A stretch of DNA of 24,496 bases from a virus. Its lineage: Duplodnaviria > Caudoviricetes. Under the pieces are notes generated by a model. That model saw only the letters and a program-made list of their open reading frames with translations, was not told the DNA's origin and searched no databases. The stretch lies in the IMG/VR virus record IMGVR_UViG_3300037045_000212, positions 1 through 24,496 of that record; one strand, given 5' to 3'. Positions 1-6,148 of this stretch are shown here, one piece after another. Position numbers and translations under genes: made by a program. Each line of letters opens with the position of its first letter. Within the stretch, counting starts at the first letter, position 1.

Positions 1-1
1 G

Positions 2-10
2 TGATATAAT
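2..10 (+). promoter_or_regulatory. Extended -10 promoter element for selC
   Basis: TG-A-TATAAT at 2..10, a perfect TGnTATAAT 18 nt upstream of the tRNA 5' end. The -35 region lies outside the window. Confidence 0.75.
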
Positions 11-28
11 CATGATTGTGCCTGTCCT

Positions 29-125
29 GGGAGTAGATGGGTGCTGGTGTGTCCTCTGGTCTTCAAAACCAGTGTGAGGAGTTCAGAGCTTCTCAGGTGG
101 GTTCGATTCCCACGTACTCCCGCCA
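29..125 (+). tRNA. selC: tRNA-Sec (UCA anticodon)
   Basis: Acceptor GGGAGTA(29-35)/TACTCCC(115-121), G discriminator, CCA(123-125). 6-bp D stem GGGTGC/GTGTCC with 4-nt loop TGGT. Anticodon stem CTGGT/ACCAG with loop CT-TCA-AA. 9-bp variable arm TGAGGAGTT/AGCTTCTCA. T arm GTGGG-TTCGATT-CCCAC. Confidence 0.97.
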
Positions 126-151
126 AATTAAGACGTCACCTTTGAGACAAT
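124..151. repeat. Left attachment junction: CA core + 5 nt + left inverted-repeat arm AGACGTCACCTTTGAGACAAT (131..151)
   Basis: 131..151 is the exact reverse complement of 24224..24244. CA at 124-125 is 5 nt from the arm, mirroring CA at 24250-24251. Confidence 0.88.
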
Positions 152-164
152 CTCAGAGGGCAGT

Positions 165-197
165 AAACCCCTATTTATAGGGGTTTTGTTGTTTTTT
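165..197 (+). terminator. Intrinsic terminator downstream of selC, supplied by the element
   Basis: AAACCCCTAT-TT-ATAGGGGTTT hairpin (165..186) followed by TGTTGTTTTTT. Confidence 0.8.
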
Positions 198-271
198 GAA
201 TTAATATCTAGCATATAACTCGATTGCATAAGTCCAACAAGTTGCTGTGTAGGGCAAGCATAATATCTCGA

Positions 272-322
272 TGCACCCGAATGCACCCATTTGCACCAGG
301 CGAGTGTGCATTCTGGTGCAAA
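272..322. repeat. Subterminal TGCAC(C) repeat array with 10-bp period
   Basis: TGCACC at 272, 282 and 292. Inverted GTGCA at 306 and 316. TTTGCACCAG (290-299) / CTGGTGCAAA (313-322) is a perfect inverted repeat. Confidence 0.7.
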
Positions 323-340
323 CAATCATTTGAATAAGAG

Positions 341-369
341 AAAAGCCCGTGGATTTGTTCCACAGGCTT
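341..369 (-). terminator. Intrinsic terminator of the recombinase operon
   Basis: Minus strand AAGCCTGTGGA-ACAAA-TCCACGGGCTT-TT, 20 nt after the stop of 390..2006. Confidence 0.7.
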
Positions 370-389
370 GTAAAATTGTACTCACGTTT

Positions 390-2006
390 TTACGCGTTGC
401 TGGTACTTATAGCTTTAACCGTTATTTCTGTACCGTCCTTGTATAAGAAGACCAGAGTCTTATCAGGGTTTACCTTTACAGATTCAACGGTTGATAGCCA
501 AAGATTCTGGTCGAACTCCGATACCAGATCGTCTGCCCGTCGCAACTCATAAAGAAAGTGACGGATTTTTTCTTTTCGGGCGTTTTGATCTGATATTTCA
601 TGCTTGATCTTGGATATCTGAGATTCAAGTCCTCGACACAGCGTGTTTATTTCCTGATAGTTGCGATTGTACTTCACCTGATCGCGTACTTCACGGGTGT
701 TTTCCTCCATGTAGCGACGCATCTCGTCGATAGTAGTATCGTGCTCACTTTCGAGTTCCTCCAGTTTTTTATCCAGTGGGGATGTGTCCGCCAAGAGCGG
801 CAACAACACCTCGAAGTTGCTGATATAGCGATCTTTATTGCTGATAATTTGATTGAACGCCTGAATGAAGGCTTGCTTCAGCTCATTCTCCCGTAGGTGT
901 GGCGTATTGCATTGATTTTCGTTGGCATATTTCCTGTTGCACTGCCAGATATGGTAACGGTATTTACTGGTAGAGTGCCAAACTTTTGAGCCGTAATATC
1001 CGCCGCATGCTCCGCAAATGATCTTTGCAGCAAAGGGGCTGTTATTGTTCAGCTGCCGTCTGTTAGGTTGGCGTTTTTCAATTTCAATCTGTACGAGATT
1101 GAAGGTTTTCGGGTCAATGATGGCTGGATGAGAGTTCTCGATATAATACTGCGGAACCTCACCATCGTTTTTCTTGATGGTTTTACTGAGAAAATCCACC
1201 GTATAGGTTTTCTGCAGCAATGCATCACCTTTGTATTTTTCGTTGCTCAAAATACTCATTACAGTGCTGACGCTCCACTTTTCCTTGCCGCTAGGCGTCA
1301 GAATACCTTGTTCGGTAAGGTGCCGCGTGATATTGCGTATCGTGGTTCCTTCTAGAAAAAGAGCGTAGATTTCCCGGATTATCTTAGCTTCTGCCTCGAC
1401 AATTTTCGGCAAATTATTTTCGCCTTTCTCGTAACCTAGAAAACGTTTATAAGGGAGCGATATTTTTCCATCCTGCATACTTTTTTTCTTTCCCCAGCTG
1501 ACGTTTTCGCTGATGGAGCGGCTTTCTTCCTGGGCAAGCGAACTCATAATTGTGATGAGGACTTCACCCTTGGCATCCAGCGTGTAGATATTTTCCTTCT
1601 CAAAGTATATCTCAATGCCTTTCTCTTTCAGTTTGCGGACAGTCGTCAGGCTGTCTACAGTGTTTCGAGCAAAGCGACTGATCGACTTCGTGAGGATTAG
1701 GTCGATCTTACCATCCAGCGCATGGGCGATCATGCGATTAAATCCGTCGCGCTTTTTCATATTCGTGCCGCTGATGCCTTCATCGGTGTAGACGGAGACA
1801 AATTCCCATTCAGGGTTGCTTTGAATATGACGCGTGTAATAATCAACCTGTGCTTCGTAGCTGGTGAGTTGTTCATCTGAATCGGTAGAAACGCGCGCAT
1901 AGGCGGCTACGCGTCTTTTACGGTATTCTGAACTGGACGGTGTCGTCTGCAAATTTGCTCGCGGTTGAATGATATTGACCTTGCGAGGTGTCGCTGTCAT
2001 GGTCAT
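390..2006 (-). CDS. Large serine recombinase / integrase 1 (538 aa)
   Basis: Catalytic AAYARVSTD, DEGISG and SISRFARN motifs; recombinase domain; Zn ribbon CGACG...WQC...C with coiled coil. AAAGGAG RBS and ATGA overlap with the upstream gene. Confidence 0.96.
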   Translation of the reverse strand: MTMTATPRKVNIIQPRANLQTTPSSSEYRKRRVAAYARVSTDSDEQLTSYEAQVDYYTRHIQSNPEWEFVSVYTDEGISGTNMKKRDGFNRMIAHALDGKIDLILTKSISRFARNTVDSLTTVRKLKEKGIEIYFEKENIYTLDAKGEVLITIMSSLAQEESRSISENVSWGKKKSMQDGKISLPYKRFLGYEKGENNLPKIVEAEAKIIREIYALFLEGTTIRNITRHLTEQGILTPSGKEKWSVSTVMSILSNEKYKGDALLQKTYTVDFLSKTIKKNDGEVPQYYIENSHPAIIDPKTFNLVQIEIEKRQPNRRQLNNNSPFAAKIICGACGGYYGSKVWHSTSKYRYHIWQCNRKYANENQCNTPHLRENELKQAFIQAFNQIISNKDRYISNFEVLLPLLADTSPLDKKLEELESEHDTTIDEMRRYMEENTREVRDQVKYNRNYQEINTLCRGLESQISKIKHEISDQNARKEKIRHFLYELRRADDLVSEFDQNLWLSTVESVKVNPDKTLVFLYKDGTEITVKAISTSNA

Positions 2007-3328
2007 TTTTCACGCTCCTTTCTGTGACGAGCTGCTGTTTTTTCCCGACCAGACTGACGCATAGAATCGTCCCAGCTATGGCGACGGGACGGGTTCTCCC
2101 ACCCAATTTCCGCACAATGCCCATCCTTAAAGACATACTCGATTCGGTTGTGACCCGGAATTCGTATTTTTGTAATGCACATCTCCAAAAATTCTCGGGT
2201 CAACTCGGATACACCGAGTGCTTCTGAGGTTTTGTCCAATAGAATATTCTCGGGAATCAGTTGCGACGGACAGTAACTTTTGCCTTGGACGCTGTAGGTG
2301 TGACACATCCATACTGCGTTTGCATACTTACTGCTGGAATGCGCTGTTTTTCTATGGTAACGCTTCCCACATAGACCGCAGTGAATCAAACCGGAAAATA
2401 CATGCGTATTACCATGTCGAGCTTCGATATTATATTTTTCAGTCCGATACTCAAATTCGTGCTGAACCTGCTCGAAGAGTTCTTTACTAATAATGGGATC
2501 ATGGCTGTCGAGCACCTGATATATAGGTAACTCACCACGATTAATCTTTGTTTTCTTTTCTAGATGATCGGACTTGAATGTCTTCTGGAGCAGCATGTCG
2601 CCAGAGTACTTCTCATTTCGCAGAATTTTACGGATGGTACTTTCGTTCCATGATGGATTGCCGTTTTTTGTAGGAATACACGCATGGTTCAGTTTTTTTG
2701 TGATGGCATTCGTCCCCATACCGGACATGTAATCAGTGAATATCATCTTCACGATTTCGGATTCTTCCGGGATGATGTGAAACGTCCCGTTAATAAGGCG
2801 ATAACCAAGGGGATTACAGGAAGTAGGGCGTCCCTGTTCGAACATCTTGCGAATCCGCCACTTTTGATTTTCGCTGACCGACCGGCTTTCTTCCTGAGCA
2901 TAAGATGCCAGAATGGTAAGCATAAACTCACCATCTGCACTGAGCGAGTGAAGATTCTCTTTTTCAAAATAAACGTCAACCCCCAGCAGTTTCAGTTCGC
3001 GAATGGTCTCAAGAAGCGTCACGGTATTGCGAGCAAAGCGGGTGATTGACTTCGTAATAATCATGTCGATCTTCTTGTCACGACAGTCGGAGAGTAACCG
3101 CTGGAATTCCAGTCGGTTATTTTTAGTGCCGGTAACTGCTTCATCTGCATAAATACCGGCAAACTGCCAATCACCTCGTCGACCAATGTAACTGTTATAG
3201 TGGCTGATCTGAGCAGATAGGGAATGGAGCATGGCTTCTTTGCCAGTGGATACGCGAGCATAGGCCGCCACGCGTTTGCGCTGTACCGACTGTGCGGTCG
3301 TTCGCTGGATTTTCGTTATTTTTCGCAT
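2003..3328 (-). CDS. Large serine recombinase / integrase 2 (441 aa)
   Basis: AAYARVSTG, DEAVTG, SITRFARN, AQEESRSVSEN; Zn ribbon CGLCG...WMC...C; lacks the long coiled coil. GAGGTG RBS. Confidence 0.95.
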   Translation of the reverse strand: MRKITKIQRTTAQSVQRKRVAAYARVSTGKEAMLHSLSAQISHYNSYIGRRGDWQFAGIYADEAVTGTKNNRLEFQRLLSDCRDKKIDMIITKSITRFARNTVTLLETIRELKLLGVDVYFEKENLHSLSADGEFMLTILASYAQEESRSVSENQKWRIRKMFEQGRPTSCNPLGYRLINGTFHIIPEESEIVKMIFTDYMSGMGTNAITKKLNHACIPTKNGNPSWNESTIRKILRNEKYSGDMLLQKTFKSDHLEKKTKINRGELPIYQVLDSHDPIISKELFEQVQHEFEYRTEKYNIEARHGNTHVFSGLIHCGLCGKRYHRKTAHSSSKYANAVWMCHTYSVQGKSYCPSQLIPENILLDKTSEALGVSELTREFLEMCITKIRIPGHNRIEYVFKDGHCAEIGWENPSRRHSWDDSMRQSGREKTAARHRKEREK

Positions 3329-3401
3329 AGTAAATCACCTCGCATAATTCCTCCACATTTTTTACTGTCCCATCTATCACTCTTATGCTTAGAAAAAGCA
3401 A

Positions 3402-3424
3402 GGGGATTCTGCACGAGAATCCCC
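3402..3424. terminator. Hairpin between the DUF4314-like gene and the recombinases (possible terminator/attenuator)
   Basis: GGGGATTCT-GCACG-AGAATCCCC perfect 9-bp stem. On the minus strand it is followed by TTGCTTTTT. Confidence 0.55.
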
Positions 3425-3438
3425 ATTTTGCAAAGCAT

Positions 3439-3669
3439 TTAGAGCTTTCGAATCTGATCGACCCCATAAGCAACACCAAGGCTGGAGCCGCAGTCCCAAT
3501 TGACGAATACCGTACCGATATCATCGACGAAAAGGACAGTTCCTTTTTCGCCCGGTTTTATGTTCGTGTAAGGGTCGCTCATTGACAAGAGCTCGACGCG
3601 ACAGCCATCGGGGTACATCTTGCGTAACCTCTCGACAATAGCTTCGTTTGGAAGTCTATTGCTCTTCAT
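3439..3669 (-). CDS. DUF4314-like small protein (76 aa)
   Basis: YPxGxRVELxxMxDPY...GTVxxVDDIGTxxVxWDxGSSLG pattern that I recognise as this family. ATGA-coupled to the upstream gene. Confidence 0.85.
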   Translation of the reverse strand: MKSNRLPNEAIVERLRKMYPDGCRVELLSMSDPYTNIKPGEKGTVLFVDDIGTVFVNWDCGSSLGVAYGVDQIRKL

Positions 3670-4397
3670 AACTGTTCACCGCCATTCTCATTCGAGACTG
3701 TTGCTTCAACAGTTGTTTCTGGAGCAACAGTTTTTTGTGGGCGTTGTCCGCTTTTAAAGCTGCTGTTGCCGGTAAGGTTCTTGAGCAGGATCGTTCGTGC
3801 TGTTTTATATTCCAGCCCAATGAATCCCAAACGGATCAAGAACACCCGCATCGCGAACTTGTCGTTCTCCAGCGCCTTTTCTTTTGCAGTGATACGCTTT
3901 TGAGTTTTTGCCATATAGCAGAGGGCGGAGATAAAGCGTGTGTAAGCATCCGCTTCGCCGTCAATGCCTCTCAAAGAAAACCATTGAAAGTTTAATCTGC
4001 CGTCGATAATGTCGATCAACAGGTTGTCTGTATCGAGCGCTTTCTTAATAAGACTTTCCTTGCTGGCGATGATCTTCTTGAGGTTTTCAATTGCTTCCTC
4101 TGTGAAATCATCCGTGGGTATTTGAATGTTCAGCTTGTTGGCGGTATCCAAATCCTGATTTTGATCAGTTCTCGGGTCGTAGCCGCGTTCTTTGAGTGCG
4201 GCAAGTAAGCTTTTGACCTCATCGTGGTCAGCATCATCGGGGTAGGACAGGTTACCGTCCTTGTCGATGAGATAATGATTCACGGTGTAGGCGAAAGTCG
4301 GCGCGCCCGTGTATGCAATTTCGTGACCTGAGATTGCACTGATTACTCCAACCAGCGCCTTGCGCTTAGAACCTGTTACGTTAAACTGTACATTCAT
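3666..4397 (-). CDS. Conserved Firmicutes MGE/prophage protein, usually annotated 'virulence-related protein' (243 aa)
   Basis: G.KRKALV..IS, YTGAPTFAY, SKESLIKKAL, NDKFAMRVFLIRLGFIG.EYK..R.ILLKNLTGNSSFK motifs. GGGAG RBS. Confidence 0.75.
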   Translation of the reverse strand: MNVQFNVTGSKRKALVGVISAISGHEIAYTGAPTFAYTVNHYLIDKDGNLSYPDDADHDEVKSLLAALKERGYDPRTDQNQDLDTANKLNIQIPTDDFTEEAIENLKKIIASKESLIKKALDTDNLLIDIIDGRLNFQWFSLRGIDGEADAYTRFISALCYMAKTQKRITAKEKALENDKFAMRVFLIRLGFIGLEYKTARTILLKNLTGNSSFKSGQRPQKTVAPETTVEATVSNENGGEQL

Positions 4398-4421
4398 CGT
4401 TATCGCTCCCTTCAGCTCAGT

Positions 4422-4655
4422 TCATTCCACAATGTCCGATGTTCTAAAGCGTTTTAACCTCCTTCCGTTTGTTTTGGGGTGGATTGCAAGAGCTGCTCCC
4501 TGAAGCGAGCAGATAACCGGCGTGTATTTCGCCGCGAGCACTGCTTTGATCTTGCAGAACTCACTTTGGGTTATCAGGCGGCTCTGGAGCATTGCTGTGG
4601 CAATAGAAAGCGCCACACCATACTCCAGTTCGCGCTGAAATTGCTGCTTATTCAT
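4422..4655 (-). CDS. SHOCT-like small protein (77 aa) of the kind found upstream of tandem serine recombinases
   Basis: MNKQQFQRELEY..ALSIA..ML..RLITQSEF.KI...L..KY.P.I.SL. Start revised to ATG 4655 (GGGGAGG RBS, ATGA overlap with the upstream stop). Confidence 0.7.
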   Translation of the reverse strand: MNKQQFQRELEYGVALSIATAMLQSRLITQSEFCKIKAVLAAKYTPVICSLQGAALAIHPKTNGRRLKRFRTSDIVE

Positions 4656-5050
4656 GGCAATACCTCCCCATAACGGCTGCGGAGATAGCAATCATGTCCG
4701 CAGTATTTGCGTTTGTTTTTGCTCTTGAACGCTGCTCCGCAGAAGAGGCAGGTGAGGCGATAGGTGGTTATTCGCCCGGTGATGGAGCGATTCTCATTCC
4801 ACCATGTATAGCGACATTGGTCGTTACAGAATGTCTTTTTCTTTGATCCAACGTGATGCTCCAATGGAGTGCCGCATAGCTTACAGCAATCTTGCTCGAT
4901 ACTGTTAGGAATGCGCTTAGAATCAATCTTTTCGCGGTGGCAGAATGATTTGACTGTGTTAGCTGAAAGGCCAAGAGTTTCAGCGATGGCTATGTGTGTC
5001 ATGCGCTCGTGACGCATATATCGGATGGCTTGTTTCTGTGTATTCGTCAT
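4652..5050 (-). CDS. Sigma-region-4-like HTH + Cys-rich Zn-finger protein (132 aa)
   Basis: HTH IAETLGLSANTVKSFCHR; CKLCG, FCNDQCR, CLFCG, YCGHDC. Start revised to the second ATG (5050), 7 nt from AGGAGG. Confidence 0.8.
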   Translation of the reverse strand: MTNTQKQAIRYMRHERMTHIAIAETLGLSANTVKSFCHREKIDSKRIPNSIEQDCCKLCGTPLEHHVGSKKKTFCNDQCRYTWWNENRSITGRITTYRLTCLFCGAAFKSKNKRKYCGHDCYLRSRYGEVLP

Positions 5051-5192
5051 AGCCATGCCTCCTTTTCGGTGGGAGTGGCCGCAGGAGAGGCTCCGTGCGC
5101 GCTTTTATAGCGAGTGTCGGAGAAAATCCCGACCTTTCTTTTGAGCGGCCTGTGCGGGTAAATCTGCGCCACGTTATTCGATGGGGGTCGCA

Positions 5193-6020
5193 TCATGGCT
5201 GACTGCCTTTCGCATTGAGCTCTTCTTGCTGAATCAGCGGTTCAAGTTCATCAGGGGTGATTACGACAAAGAGATCAGGGAGATTTTTAAACGCTTCTTT
5301 TAGGTGTTTATCAATACGGTTCTTTCGGGCAACATCGGGAGCGATCCAGACAGTCAGTGGGAAGACGTTGTGCTCTTGCTGTTCGAGGCCGGTTCGGTAG
5401 TACTGGTGGTAGCGCTGACACTTTTCAATGACCTTGATCGGCGATTCCGTAGCCAGATCGATCTCAAAGAACCAGCGATCTTCATAGCTGTCACATCGGG
5501 TGATGGCGAAAAGATCAGGCTTTAGGGCGATTTGCTTTCCCGAATTCATGTACGGACGCCAGCACTGCGGTTCGTTCTGAATCTCCGTCAGAAGCATCCC
5601 CGGTTTTCGGCAGATTTCAGTCAGTCGGACGAAACATTCCGTGACCATTAAGGTGTGTGCAAGAAAATACTGGGACGGTTCAAAGTTCTTCCGATGTGGA
5701 CGGGCTGTCTTGTCGATCACTCGGAGCCGATGCTCACCGGCGCTGTCCAGATTCCAGATGAACGATCCCGAACCGGAAAAGGTTCCGCCGATTCGCCGTG
5801 GAAGGGAGTCGATCAACTGGAGAGATTTGAGCTTTTCGAGGTTGCGGCTGGCTGTCCGAAGGGCCGCACTTTCCGATGCGGAATCTCTGAAAAAAAGCCG
5901 ACTGATCTGTGAGGTTGTGATGTATCTGGATATCTGAATGGTTCTGAGGATGTTCTTATCCCGCTCGTTGAGCTGTGGTTCCAGTTCCTCTAGCATTCTT
6001 CGTGATATGCGGTCAGGCAT
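5193..6020 (-). CDS. Replication-relaxation family (PF13814-like, MOBC-type) relaxase (275 aa)
   Basis: N-terminal wHTH (RDxxIL...TTSQISRLFF), HTL motif, nuclease-like KPDLF...FFEIDLATE. Adjacent to the coupling protein. Confidence 0.88.
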   Translation of the reverse strand: MPDRISRRMLEELEPQLNERDKNILRTIQISRYITTSQISRLFFRDSASESAALRTASRNLEKLKSLQLIDSLPRRIGGTFSGSGSFIWNLDSAGEHRLRVIDKTARPHRKNFEPSQYFLAHTLMVTECFVRLTEICRKPGMLLTEIQNEPQCWRPYMNSGKQIALKPDLFAITRCDSYEDRWFFEIDLATESPIKVIEKCQRYHQYYRTGLEQQEHNVFPLTVWIAPDVARKNRIDKHLKEAFKNLPDLFVVITPDELEPLIQQEELNAKGSQP

Positions 6021-6147
6021 GGCTGCCCCCAGTGGGAAAACTACTGTGATAACAGTAGGAGTCCTTTCCCTTAAAGCCGAAATATCGGGTTTTGTCGGGG
6101 GACACTAGGATCGTGAAGTCCGACCGATTCGTCATGCGATTCGTCAT
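6013..6147 (-). CDS. Possible 44-aa coupling ORF (MTNRMTNRSDFTILVSPDKTRYFGFKGKDSYCYHSSFPTGGSHA), absent from the ORF track
   Basis: ATG overlaps the T4CP stop (ATGA) and its TGA overlaps the relaxase start (ATGCCTGA). No homology recognised. Confidence 0.3.
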   Translation of the reverse strand: MTNRMTNRSDFTILVSPDKTRYFGFKGKDSYCYHSSFPTGGSHA

Positions 6148-6148
6148 G
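6125..6148. repeat. Perfect 12-bp tandem repeat CGATTCGTCATG x2
   Basis: Copies at 6125..6136 and 6137..6148. Confidence 0.85.

Noticed and set aside
97-125. Direct repeat of the tRNA 3' end at the far boundary (tyrosine-integrase style)
   Set aside because: No copy seen near the right end beyond CAA, and no tyrosine integrase is encoded.
272-322. CRISPR-like array
   Set aside because: Units are 5-6 bp at a 10-bp period with no spacers; no cas genes.
128-325. 65-aa minus-strand ORF
   Set aside because: Runs across the att arm, terminator and repeat array; no RBS or recognisable motifs.
3371-3402. Promoter for the recombinases (minus strand CTTGCTT...AGAGTGATAGATG)
   Set aside because: A -35-like TTGCTT is present, but no good -10 at 16-18 nt; plausible but not supportable.
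349-3585. Short ORFs overlapping the recombinase genes (349..552, 600..896, 1068..1355, 1918..2136, 1988..2227, 2127..2312, 2218..2490, 2684..3049, 2749..2979, 3061..3261, 3195..3524, 3224..3442, 3385..3585)
   Set aside because: Antisense or off-frame shadows of well-supported genes; no motifs.
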